Source of the DNA: an uncultured delta proteobacterium
GTDB lineage: Bacteria > Desulfobacterota > Binatia > UBA9968
Length of the DNA: 64,000 bases
Direction of reading: 5' to 3'
Assembly: GCA_963816145.1 (NCBI GenBank)
Contig: CAWFJP010000030.1
Coordinates: 320,001-384,000 of the forward strand
This document shows positions 9,551-18,622 of the stretch, in pieces. Under the pieces are notes generated by a model. The model was not told where the DNA came from, searched no databases, and worked only from the letters and a program-made list of their open reading frames with translations. Position 1 is the stretch's first letter, and every line of letters begins with the position of its first letter. The position numbers and the translations under genes were made by a program.

Positions 9551-10183
9551 ATGCTCGAATTTGCAGGCCGGAAAATCCCCACTGAACTGAAAGAGATCGT
9601 CGATCCCAAACATACGGTCCTGCTCGTATGGGACATGCAGAACGATCAAGCCGGCGGTTCATTTAACAAAGACGCGCTGATCCGCACGGCGCCGCCGCTC
9701 ATTGCCGCCGCGGCCAATGCGGGCGTGAAGACCGTTTACACGCGCCAGACCCCGTTTCTCTGGAGCGAGGAGGCGGTCACCTGGATTCGCCGCGCGATGG
9801 TCAACGAAAAGGTCGATCATCCGAGCAAGTTGAAGCCGCGACGTTTGAAGGGCAGCACCAACTGGCAAATCATGGAACCCTTCAAACCGGCGCTCGAAGA
9901 CATCGTCATCGACAAGCGGCGGCCGAGCATGTTCGTCGGCAACGAGTTCGAAACCATCGTGCACAACCTCGGCGCCACGACCGTAGTCATGATCGGTTGC
10001 ACCACTGACGGCGGCGTCGAGATGACCGTGCGCGACGGCCACAACCGCGGCCACTTGATGGTCGTCGTCCGCGATTGCGTCGGCACCTACACCGAGGAAG
10101 GCCACAACGCCGCGCTCAAAAGAATCGAGCGCTTCGCCGATGTGGTGGAGTCGAAAGCACTGATCGAGATCTGGCAGCGCTAA
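9551..10183 (+). CDS. Isochorismatase/cysteine hydrolase family protein
   Basis: LLVWDMQND, DIVIDKRRPSMF, GCTTDGGVEMTVRD. Confidence 0.88.
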   Translation: MLEFAGRKIPTELKEIVDPKHTVLLVWDMQNDQAGGSFNKDALIRTAPPLIAAAANAGVKTVYTRQTPFLWSEEAVTWIRRAMVNEKVDHPSKLKPRRLKGSTNWQIMEPFKPALEDIVIDKRRPSMFVGNEFETIVHNLGATTVVMIGCTTDGGVEMTVRDGHNRGHLMVVVRDCVGTYTEEGHNAALKRIERFADVVESKALIEIWQR

Positions 10184-10189
10184 ATAACC

Positions 10190-10591
10190 ATGGAAGAAAA
10201 AATACGCGCTGCCGTGGAGGCCTATCGTAACGGCGAAGACGAAGAACCGTTGGCGGCGTTGCTCGAATTGGATGCCGACATCGTGCCGGCCATGGCCGAA
10301 CTATTCCGTGGCGAGACCGATCCCAATGTGCGCGCATTTCTCGTAAGAGTCGCTTGGGAGCGCCGCGAGCGAAATTCCGTCGAATTTCTCGTCGAGGCGC
10401 TAAGCGACCCCACGGAGGAAGTCTGGCAGTCGGCGCTTGACGGCACCGTCGCACTCGCATCACCGGAAATTCTCGAAGTTCTGCACGCCGTCAAGCTGCA
10501 AGTAAGGCCCGATGCCGCAATGGCCCGGCGATTTCAGATGTGCGTAGAGGAAGCGATTTTATATGTGGAAGGTTTGCTGCGTGCCAGATAA
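10190..10591 (+). CDS. HEAT/PBS-lyase repeat protein
   Basis: DPNVRAFLV and FLVEALSDPTEEVWQSALD repeats. Confidence 0.65.
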   Translation: MEEKIRAAVEAYRNGEDEEPLAALLELDADIVPAMAELFRGETDPNVRAFLVRVAWERRERNSVEFLVEALSDPTEEVWQSALDGTVALASPEILEVLHAVKLQVRPDAAMARRFQMCVEEAILYVEGLLRAR

Positions 10592-10787
10592 CACCCTCAC
10601 CTCGTTCCTCTCCCATCAAGGGCGAGGATGTAATTCAGGTTTCTGCGTCTCACTACCATCAGCAACCGCGACTTTTCAAACAATCGGAACTTGCTTCGTC
10701 AATCCCACTCTCCATTTGCCAACCCCACCCCTGTCGAGTTAATACTAAGGCAAATTTCACTCGGCATTTCGACCCAAGGAGACCTTC

Positions 10788-11756
10788 ATGAGCGGCACGA
10801 ATGGTAAAAAGGCACTGCACGTCGCGACATTTTCCGGCTGGTACCGTTTCGAGCAGAATGGCAAGCAGTTCACACAGACCAAACGCGATCTTTCGTACTG
10901 GACAATCACCTGCATGACCGTGGACCCGGAAGATCCCAAAGCGCTCTACGCCGGCACCGAACACTCCGGTCTCTTCTACACCAAGGACGCCGGCGCCCAT
11001 TGGCACCGCGCCGATCCGCAGGTGCCGAAAATGTTTCTCTACTCGGCGCTGGCGCTTAACGGCGGCGTCATGGTCGGCACGATACCGTCCGCGGTCTACC
11101 GCAGCACGAACGGCGGCTGGGAAGAACTGGAAGGCGTGAGGTTGCACAGCGCCGGCGCCAATTTCCCGCCGAGTCCTGAGCTGCAGTCGCGCACGCGCTA
11201 CCTCGCCTATGATCCGGAAAACAAGAATCGTCTTTACGCCGGCATCGAAGTCGGCGGCATGGTGCTGAGCGACGACGGCGGCCGCGGCTGGGAACCCTGC
11301 AACGAAGGGCTCACCGATATGGACATCCATGAGATCCTCGCCTCCGAGCAACATAGCGGCATGGTGTTTCTCGCCTGCGGCGAATCCTGCTTCCGCAGCC
11401 CGGACCGCGCCGGCCACTGGGAAAACATCTCGCCGAAAAATCACGACTACGGCATCTCGGTCGCCGAAGACAAAAACGGGGTCATCTATGTCGGTGCCGC
11501 GCACGGCCGGCCGAATCTATGGCTGCGCGAACAAGGCGCAATGTCGGCGATCCTGCGCAGCAGCGACAAAGGCAAGAGCTGGGAAACGGTCATCGACAAT
11601 TTGAACGGCGGCGTCATGCATCTCTGCCCCACGCCCGACGGCAACGGCATGGTCGCCGGGACCTCGGACGGAACGCTGCTCGTCGTCGACGACAGCGGCG
11701 CGCGTGAAGTCGTCAAAGGCCTGCCCTTTGTCACCTCGGTGGAATTGGCAGCTTAA
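10788..11756 (+). CDS. BNR/Asp-box beta-propeller protein, paralog of 2474-3592
   Basis: TKDAGAHW, SDDGGRGW, SPDRAGHW, SSDKGKSW Asp boxes; GGAG SD. Confidence 0.85.
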   Translation: MSGTNGKKALHVATFSGWYRFEQNGKQFTQTKRDLSYWTITCMTVDPEDPKALYAGTEHSGLFYTKDAGAHWHRADPQVPKMFLYSALALNGGVMVGTIPSAVYRSTNGGWEELEGVRLHSAGANFPPSPELQSRTRYLAYDPENKNRLYAGIEVGGMVLSDDGGRGWEPCNEGLTDMDIHEILASEQHSGMVFLACGESCFRSPDRAGHWENISPKNHDYGISVAEDKNGVIYVGAAHGRPNLWLREQGAMSAILRSSDKGKSWETVIDNLNGGVMHLCPTPDGNGMVAGTSDGTLLVVDDSGAREVVKGLPFVTSVELAA

Positions 11757-11762
11757 GAAATA

Positions 11763-11858
11763 AAGATTAAAGGCGGAAGGATAAGGGATGAACTTCGGAT
11801 GTGCAAAAGCTTCCACTCCGAAAATTACTTCATCCTTCCGCCTTCATCCTTCGTCCTT
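11763..11858. repeat. 7-bp-unit inverted tandem repeat
   Basis: aaggcggaaggataagggatgaa ... ttcatccttccgccttcatccttc (complementary arms). Confidence 0.7.
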
Positions 11859-11883
11859 TTCTGAATCAACCTGTGAGACCCAC

Positions 11884-12873
11884 ATGAAGGCACTACTAGT
11901 ACTTGTATCTCTATTGCTCGCCACCCCCGCTACCGCCCAGGACGCGAAGCTGATCGCCGAAGGTAGAAAAGAAGGCCGAGTCGTCATTTACGGTTCTATG
12001 GAAACCGACATTTTCGAGGGTATTCAAAAGGCTTTCGAGAAAAAGACCGGCATCAAGGTCGATTACTGGCGTGCCGCCGGCGCCACCGTGCTCGAACGGG
12101 CGTCGAGCGAACGAAAAGCCAACAAAGTCGCTTACGATCTAGTCTTGAATAACGCCGGCCCGATGGAAATCTTGCTGACCGAGGGAGCGCTGGCTAAATA
12201 CGATTCACCACTGGCCAAGAATTTTCCCGCTGAATTCGTCCATCCGCAGTTGGGACCGAGTTATCGAACCTCCATAGTCGGGATCATTTATAACAAGAGC
12301 ATCCTCAGTTCCGACAAAGCGCCGAAGTCGCTGGAAGATCTTTTAAAACCCGAATTCAGTGGCAAACTGGCGTTCCCCGACCCAAGCCGCGGCGCGGTCG
12401 CCGTCATGTGGCCTATGAGTCTTTACAAACTCATGGGCAAAGACCGCGCCGACAAATATCTCCGCGATCTCGCGGCTACGAAACCGGTGATTGTCGAAGG
12501 CGTATTGCCCGCTGCCGAACGAGTCACCAGCGGCGAAACGCCGATCGCCATCAGCTATTTGAAGTATGTCATCAATTTTGGCCAGAAAGGCGCGCCGCTC
12601 GATTATGTCCGCCAGGAAAAAATGCTCGGCCACAATCATGCGATCGCGCTCAGCATCAAAGCGGCGCACCCCAACGCGGCGAAAGCGTTTCTCGATTATT
12701 TTTACAGCGATGACAGTCTGAAGATCATGGCCAAGTCCGGCGAATTTATGACCCGCAAAGGCATCTACCCGCCGCTGCCCGACGCGGAAAAGATTCAAAT
12801 CGTCCCAATGGACGAACCCGACGCCAGCACGATGGCCGAGAAACGCAAGGAATACAGGAAAATATTTCAATGA
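11884..12873 (+). CDS. Extracellular solute-binding protein (Fe3+/thiamine/polyamine cluster)
   Basis: Signal peptide, KEGRVVIYGS, YNK...PKSLEDLLKPEFSGK, AAHPNAAKAFLDY. Confidence 0.9.
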   Translation: MKALLVLVSLLLATPATAQDAKLIAEGRKEGRVVIYGSMETDIFEGIQKAFEKKTGIKVDYWRAAGATVLERASSERKANKVAYDLVLNNAGPMEILLTEGALAKYDSPLAKNFPAEFVHPQLGPSYRTSIVGIIYNKSILSSDKAPKSLEDLLKPEFSGKLAFPDPSRGAVAVMWPMSLYKLMGKDRADKYLRDLAATKPVIVEGVLPAAERVTSGETPIAISYLKYVINFGQKGAPLDYVRQEKMLGHNHAIALSIKAAHPNAAKAFLDYFYSDDSLKIMAKSGEFMTRKGIYPPLPDAEKIQIVPMDEPDASTMAEKRKEYRKIFQ

Positions 12874-13514
12874 AACTCTACACCTTCTTCCGCAGCTCCG
12901 CTTCCTACCGTGTGCGCATCGCGCTCAATTTGAAAGGCATTAGCTACGAACAGGCCGCGATCCATCTGCGCCGCGGTGGCGGCGAGCAACTGATGCCGGC
13001 TTACAAGGCGCTCAATCCGCAAGCGTTGGTGCCGGCGCTGGAAGACAACGGCAGGATTCTCACCCAGTCGTTAGCGATCATCGAATATCTCGAAGAAACC
13101 CATCCCAATCCGCCGTTGCTGCCCAAAGACCCGGCGGACAAAGCGCTGGTGCGCAGCATGGCGCTTGTCGTGGCTTGCGAAATCCATCCGATCCAGAATC
13201 TGCGCGTGCTCAATTACGTCAAGGCGACCTACAATCAGACCGATGAACAGGTAAACAAGTGGGCGCAGCACTGGATCGATCTCGGACTGTCGGCGCTCCA
13301 AGAGATGATCGTCGGCCAATCCAAGCGCGGAAAATTCTGCTTCGGCGACAGCGCAACCCTGGCGGACATTTGCCTGATCCCCCAGCTCGGCAACGCCCGC
13401 CGTTACGGCTGCGACCTGTCGAAGTATCCAACGATTTTAGAGATTGAAAAGAACAGCAACGCGATCCCAGCCTTTGCCGACGCCGCGCCGGAGAAACAGC
13501 CGGACGCGGAATGA
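12870..13514 (+). CDS. maiA: Maleylacetoacetate/maleylpyruvate isomerase (GST zeta)
   Basis: MKLYTFFRSSASYRVRIALNLKG, NPQALVP, CEIHPIQNLRVL, PEKQPDA. Confidence 0.95.
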   Translation: MKLYTFFRSSASYRVRIALNLKGISYEQAAIHLRRGGGEQLMPAYKALNPQALVPALEDNGRILTQSLAIIEYLEETHPNPPLLPKDPADKALVRSMALVVACEIHPIQNLRVLNYVKATYNQTDEQVNKWAQHWIDLGLSALQEMIVGQSKRGKFCFGDSATLADICLIPQLGNARRYGCDLSKYPTILEIEKNSNAIPAFADAAPEKQPDAE

Positions 13515-13521
13515 AATCTGG

Positions 13522-13598
13522 CAGCAGTCAGCTAGCAGCGGTCAGCAATTAGATCGCAAAAACCGAAGTTGACAGCTGATCGCTGACACCTGACACCT
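13522..13598. repeat. 7-bp-unit inverted tandem repeat
   Basis: cagcagtcagctagcagcggtcagc ... gacagctgatcgctgacacctgacacc. Confidence 0.65.
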
Positions 13599-13605
13599 AT
13601 CCCCC

Positions 13606-14379
13606 ATGTTCATCCTCAAGCAATTCTTGAAAGCGCTCCTGTTGCCACCGATGCCGTGGCTGCTGATGCTGCTCGCGGTGTTGATCTTCTGGCAGCGCCA
13701 CTGGGCGCGCAAGCTGCTGTTCCTGTCGTTTGTAGTCATCCTGGGTCTCCACTGCGGCCCGGCAAACTACGCGCTGCGCTACCAACTCGAGTCGCGCTAT
13801 CCGGCGTTACTCGATCCGCGTAAAGCAGGACCTTACGATGCCATCGTGGTACTCACTGGCGGCAGCCTGCCGGCGACCGGCTTGATCCCGTTTCCATCCG
13901 TTAATGAGCATATGTTTCGCCGTCTCGACGAGGCCTGGCGGTTATATCGCATCCAGCCCAAGCCGATCATCATCTCGGGCGGCCATGTCAATCCGTTCAC
14001 CCCGGCGATGGGCGAGAACAAGATCGCCCGCGATTTCTTGATCAAGTGGGGCGTGCCGAAGCACGATATCATCGGCGAAGAAAAATCCCGCGACACTTTC
14101 GAGAGTGCATTGGAGAGCGAAAAGATATTGAAGAACCGTGGCTGGAAGCGCTACCTCCTGGTCACTTCGGCCATGCATATGCCACGTAGTATGCTGATCT
14201 TTAACGCGCGGGTGCCCGAGCCGATCCCCGCTCCCGGCGATTTTTCCATCGGTGAGTTCAAGCTAACGCCTTTCGACTTCTTTCCCAACGAAAGTGTCGC
14301 GCCGAAAATTTTCGCCACCCTTCACGAGTATGTCGGCTGGGCGAATTACTATTGGCGCCTGCACTTTTCCACTAACTAA
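13606..14379 (+). CDS. YdcF/ElyC (DUF218) family protein
   Basis: DAIVVLTGG, IIISGG, EEKSRDTFESA, LLVTSAMHMPRS, LHEYVG. Confidence 0.9.
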   Translation: MFILKQFLKALLLPPMPWLLMLLAVLIFWQRHWARKLLFLSFVVILGLHCGPANYALRYQLESRYPALLDPRKAGPYDAIVVLTGGSLPATGLIPFPSVNEHMFRRLDEAWRLYRIQPKPIIISGGHVNPFTPAMGENKIARDFLIKWGVPKHDIIGEEKSRDTFESALESEKILKNRGWKRYLLVTSAMHMPRSMLIFNARVPEPIPAPGDFSIGEFKLTPFDFFPNESVAPKIFATLHEYVGWANYYWRLHFSTN

Positions 14380-14480
14380 CCGGCGCAAGTCGAGTTGCAA
14401 ATCCCCGGCAGCGTGATAAAAAATGCGCTTGAATTTCGCGCGCAGAGTTTTCTCGACGTCGGATCGAGAACCACCCGATC

Positions 14481-15548
14481 ATGATCTCGGTAAGAAACTT
14501 ACATAAGATTTTCAAGTCCGGCACCGATGCGGTGCATGCCGTCGACGGCGTCAGCATCGATGTCGCCGAGCAGGAGTTTTTCGTGCTGCTCGGGCTCAGC
14601 GGTTCGGGCAAAACGACGCTTTTGCGCTGCGTCGCCGGCTTGGAAAGACCCGACGGCGGCGAGATCGCCATCAGCAACGTCCTGGTCAGCTCCGCCGAAC
14701 GCAACTTCTTCGTCGCTCCGGAAGGCCGCGGCATCGGCATGGTGTTCCAGTCCTACGCCGTCTGGCCGCATATGACGGTGTTCGACAACGTCGCCTTCCC
14801 GCTCATCAATGGACCGCATAAACTGTCCCGGGGCGGCATCAAGAAGCGCGTGTTGAACGCCCTGGACCTAGTTCAGCTCGGCGGCCTCGCCGACCGTCCC
14901 GCGCCGTTCTTGAGCGGCGGCCAGCAACAACGCGTCGCTCTGGCCCGCGCTCTGGCCGTCGAACCGAAAGTGCTATTGATGGATGAGCCGCTCAGCAACC
15001 TCGACGCCCGCCTACGCGAAGAAGTGCGCGACGAGATCAAAAACCTATCGAAGAAATTCGGCATCGCAGTGCTCTACGTCACTCACGATCAAGTCGAAGC
15101 CATGGCGCTAGCCGATCGCGTCGCGGTGATGAGCAAAGGCAAAGTCTTGCAATGCGCGCCGCCGCGCGAGCTTTACGATCGGCCATCGAGCCGGGAAGTC
15201 TGCGAGTTTCTCGGGTCGACCAACTTGATCGACGGAATCGTCGGCAACGGCGGCCAAGTCGACACCGATTTGGGCAAGCTCAACTGCGTCGTCAGCGACG
15301 GTAGTCTGCGCAATGTCAGCGTCGCCATCCGCCCGGAAGAGTTGCAGATGGCCGCCGCGCCCACCGGCTTGGAAAACGAATTCGCCGCCGAAGTGTTGGC
15401 ATCGACGTTTCTCGGCGAGCTGACGGTATGCGACGTGAAAGTGAATGGCAAAGCTTTACGCTTCAAGACCACTCAAAGCACCGCACCGGCGCAACAGGTT
15501 TACATCCGGCTACCGGCTGAAAAATTGAAATTGTTCGTACGATCGTGA
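14481..15548 (+). CDS. ABC transporter ATP-binding protein (FbpC/PotA-like, TOBE domain)
   Basis: Walker A GLSGSGKT, LSGGQQQRVALARAL, LLMDEPLSNLD. Confidence 0.95.
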   Translation: MISVRNLHKIFKSGTDAVHAVDGVSIDVAEQEFFVLLGLSGSGKTTLLRCVAGLERPDGGEIAISNVLVSSAERNFFVAPEGRGIGMVFQSYAVWPHMTVFDNVAFPLINGPHKLSRGGIKKRVLNALDLVQLGGLADRPAPFLSGGQQQRVALARALAVEPKVLLMDEPLSNLDARLREEVRDEIKNLSKKFGIAVLYVTHDQVEAMALADRVAVMSKGKVLQCAPPRELYDRPSSREVCEFLGSTNLIDGIVGNGGQVDTDLGKLNCVVSDGSLRNVSVAIRPEELQMAAAPTGLENEFAAEVLASTFLGELTVCDVKVNGKALRFKTTQSTAPAQQVYIRLPAEKLKLFVRS

Positions 15549-15568
15549 TCAAGGAACGAAACACTATT

Positions 15569-15650
15569 TTCACCACGAAGGACACCAAGCGCACGAAGTT
15601 CGGAAAATTATAAAACGAAACCTTCGTGCCCTTCGTGATCTTCGTGGTGA
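15569..15650. repeat. 9-bp-unit inverted repeat
   Basis: tcaccacgaaggacaccaagcgcacgaag ... cttcgtgcccttcgtgatcttcgtggtga. Confidence 0.75.
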
Positions 15651-15674
15651 GACCGTATTTTAGGAGAGCGACCC

Positions 15675-16829
15675 ATGGCACTCACGCCCCAGGAAAATGA
15701 CGACCTGACCCGAGTCGGGCCAGGCACGCCGTGCGGCACGATGATGCGCCGATATTGGCACCCGGTCGGCTTCAGCGCCGAACTCAAGGGCAAGCCGGTG
15801 CGGCGCAGGCTGCTCGGTGAAGATTTGGTGCTATTCCGCGATGGAAACGGCCAATTGGGTCTCATCGGCGCACGATGTCCGCACCGCGGCACTTCGCTGC
15901 ATTTAGGCTATATCGAAGACGGCGGTTTGCGCTGCTGTTATCACGGCTGGCTGTTCGACGTGAACGGTCGCTGTCTGGAGCAACCCACCGAACCGGCCGA
16001 GGCGAACTTCAAAGACAAAGTGCGCCAGCCCGCCTACAAAGTCGAAGAATTGGCCGGCGTTGTCTTCGCGTATCTCGGTCCCGAGCCGGCACCGCTTCTG
16101 CCGCGCTACGATGTGCTCGTGCGCGACGACGGTGTGCGCTCGCTGCAAGGTCGCATCGCCAGCTGCAATTTTCTGCAAATGGTCGAGAACACCGTCGATC
16201 AACACCACTTCAAGTGGCTGCATCGCACACCCAACACCAAGATGTGGACCGACACGGTGCTGACATCCGAGTACTTCGCCTACGGCATCCGCGACACCTT
16301 CGCTCGCACCGGCGGCGGCGAGCGTTATCAAACCGTCAGCTATTTCATCATGCCGACGATGAACAAGACCGGCTATCATGTGCCGGACGAGCATCCCTGC
16401 GGCATGGCAGCCAATCACCCTGGCTATGAAGCGTTGCGCTGGCGCGTGCCGGCGGATGACACCCACACGATGCATTTCACCGTCTGCTTCACCCCTTTGG
16501 TAAACGGCAAACCGATGGGTAAAATTCCGCCGGACAGCGCCGAAAAAGGCGTGGTCGAGACCACGCCGGGGCGATACCGTTACGACGAAGCGACGGGATA
16601 TCTAGCGCGTGGCGACCAGGACCGCGCCGCCCAGGAAAGCCAAGGTGAAATTTGCGACCGCAGCATCGAACACTTGGGCGTATCGGACAAGGGCGTGATC
16701 ATGTTGCGCAAGCTTTACAAAGATTCCATGGACGCCATCGCCGCCGGTAAAGACCCCATCGGCACGATCCGCGACCCGGCGACAAATCGCATCGTCGAAA
16801 TCAAGCCGGGAGAATTCAAAATCGGCTAA
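15675..16829 (+). CDS. Rieske non-heme iron oxygenase alpha subunit (phthalate 4,5-dioxygenase/LigX-like)
   Basis: CPHRG...CCYHGW Rieske motif; ENTVDQHHFKWLH and D(RAAQE) mononuclear Fe ligands. Confidence 0.92.
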   Translation: MALTPQENDDLTRVGPGTPCGTMMRRYWHPVGFSAELKGKPVRRRLLGEDLVLFRDGNGQLGLIGARCPHRGTSLHLGYIEDGGLRCCYHGWLFDVNGRCLEQPTEPAEANFKDKVRQPAYKVEELAGVVFAYLGPEPAPLLPRYDVLVRDDGVRSLQGRIASCNFLQMVENTVDQHHFKWLHRTPNTKMWTDTVLTSEYFAYGIRDTFARTGGGERYQTVSYFIMPTMNKTGYHVPDEHPCGMAANHPGYEALRWRVPADDTHTMHFTVCFTPLVNGKPMGKIPPDSAEKGVVETTPGRYRYDEATGYLARGDQDRAAQESQGEICDRSIEHLGVSDKGVIMLRKLYKDSMDAIAAGKDPIGTIRDPATNRIVEIKPGEFKIG

Positions 16830-16861
16830 GCGACATTTTCGATCTCGAAGAGGACCATGCC

Positions 16862-18139
16862 ATGCTGTCACGCGAAGAAAACGACATGTTAACGCAAGTA
16901 AGTCCGGACAAACCGATGGGCCAACTGATGCGTCGCTATTGGATACCGGCGCTGCTCGCCAGTGAAATTCCCGAACCCGACAGCGCGCCCGTGCGTGTGC
17001 GTCTGCTCGGCGAAGATCTGGTCGCCTTTCGCGATACTCAAGGCAGAGTCGGCTTACTCGAAGAGCACTGCCCGCACCGCGGCACCTCGCTATTCTTCGG
17101 CAGGAATGAAGAGTGCGGGCTGCGCTGCATTTATCATGGCTGGAAAATGGACTTCGAAGGCAAGGTGCTCGACACGCCGGCCGAGCCCGCCGACAGCACA
17201 CTGAAAAATAAAGTCCGCCAAACCGCCTATCCGTGCAAAGAAGCCGCCGGGATTATTTGGACCTACATGGGATCCAAGCACAAGCAGCCGCTGTTGCCGG
17301 CTTACGAATGGCTGAGTATGCCGGCGGAAAAAATCTATGTCAGCAAGTCCATCCAAGAGTGCAGTTGGCTGCAAGGCCTCGAAGGCGAATGCGATTCGTC
17401 GCACCTGTCCTTCCTGCATCGATCCTTTACCGGCGAACGGCCGCGCGGCGGCGGCGATGGCGCGTTGTACGTCGCGGACACGGCGCCGACTCTGGAAGGC
17501 ATCGATATGGACTACGGTATCCGCATGTTGTCCTGCCGCAAGATCGCCGCCGATACCGTCTATCTAAGAGTTTCGAATATCGTCATGCCCTGCCACGGCT
17601 TTATCCCTACCGGCGGCATCAAAGGTAACTCGGAAGGCTACACCATCCACTCCCATGTGCCGGTGGATGACAGCCACAGCCTACGCTTCAATATCCACTT
17701 TCGCCGCAACCGGCCCATCGAGTCGGAGGAACGGCAGCATGAAGAGGAAATCGGTCCCGACTTCCTCAAGATTCGCAATTTCAACAACGATTATCTTATC
17801 GACCGGGAAAAGCAGAAGCGCGAAAACTTCACCGGCATGGGACCGATCTTCATGGTGCACGACGCCTGCGCCACCGAAACCATGGGGCCGATCTACGATC
17901 GCTCGCAAGAGCATCTCGGCGTCAGCGACATGACGGTCATCGCCGTGCGCAAATTCATGTTGAACGCCGCGCGCGCCGTCGCCGCCGGCAAGGAGCCACC
18001 CCATGTGATCCGCAGCGCGGAACAGGCGGACATGCGCCACGTCGCCTGCATCGCAACGCAGATCCCCGCGAGCATAGACCCGAAGACCTACGTCGTCGAG
18101 CAGTTGAAAAAAGACAAGTATTGGGAAGCGGAGAATTAG
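16862..18139 (+). CDS. Rieske non-heme iron oxygenase alpha subunit (phthalate 4,5-dioxygenase-like)
   Basis: CPHRG...CIYHGW; EGECDSSHLSFLH; DACATETMG; EHLGVSD. Confidence 0.92.
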   Translation: MLSREENDMLTQVSPDKPMGQLMRRYWIPALLASEIPEPDSAPVRVRLLGEDLVAFRDTQGRVGLLEEHCPHRGTSLFFGRNEECGLRCIYHGWKMDFEGKVLDTPAEPADSTLKNKVRQTAYPCKEAAGIIWTYMGSKHKQPLLPAYEWLSMPAEKIYVSKSIQECSWLQGLEGECDSSHLSFLHRSFTGERPRGGGDGALYVADTAPTLEGIDMDYGIRMLSCRKIAADTVYLRVSNIVMPCHGFIPTGGIKGNSEGYTIHSHVPVDDSHSLRFNIHFRRNRPIESEERQHEEEIGPDFLKIRNFNNDYLIDREKQKRENFTGMGPIFMVHDACATETMGPIYDRSQEHLGVSDMTVIAVRKFMLNAARAVAAGKEPPHVIRSAEQADMRHVACIATQIPASIDPKTYVVEQLKKDKYWEAEN

Positions 18140-18371
18140 CCGCAAAAAACGCACCTGAATGACCCTCGGCTTCAAGCTGAGCGGTTCTGAATTCGTCGAC
18201 TGGAAGTCGACTCATCTTTTCATCATTCCGGCGCAGAGCCTGCCCCGGACTCGATCCGGGGCCGGAATCCAGGTTTTCTTTGGCCTTCCAACGAAGCCGA
18301 AGATGGATGCCGGCCTGCGCCGGCATGACAAATCCCTCTTTGCCTGAAGGCGAGGGATTTCAATCATCCCC
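18128..18371. mobile_element. MITE-like element, copy 1 (degenerate right end)
   Basis: Shares the ~200-bp core ctgaatgac...ccggcgcagagcctgcccc...gccggcatgacaaat...gaaggcgagggatt with 20294-20590; left end gcggagaattag. Confidence 0.7.
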
Positions 18372-18397
18372 GAAAGGACATTAAGAAATTGGATTGT

Positions 18398-18527
18398 CTC
18401 CCGCACAGGCGCCAAGACGCAAAGGTCTCGGGCCAAGCCCGTCATCCCGAGCCATGGCGAGGGATCTAAGAAAATTTCTCTTTTCGGTCCTGATGAAGTG
18501 ATTCCGAACTTAACGTCTTTGCGGGAA
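18398..18527. repeat. Composite palindromic repeat element, homologous to 63536-63667
   Basis: ctcccgcacaggcgccaag ... catcccgagc..gcgagggatctaag ... tccgaacttaacgtctttgcggga. Confidence 0.65.
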
Positions 18528-18622
18528 AATCACCCGAATCCGAATGTCACCTCGACAAGTTTCTCATTGTATTGACTCCTCCTTCTTGGTAAGAGCGGGC
18601 TAGCTTTTACCCTGGAGGTCCC

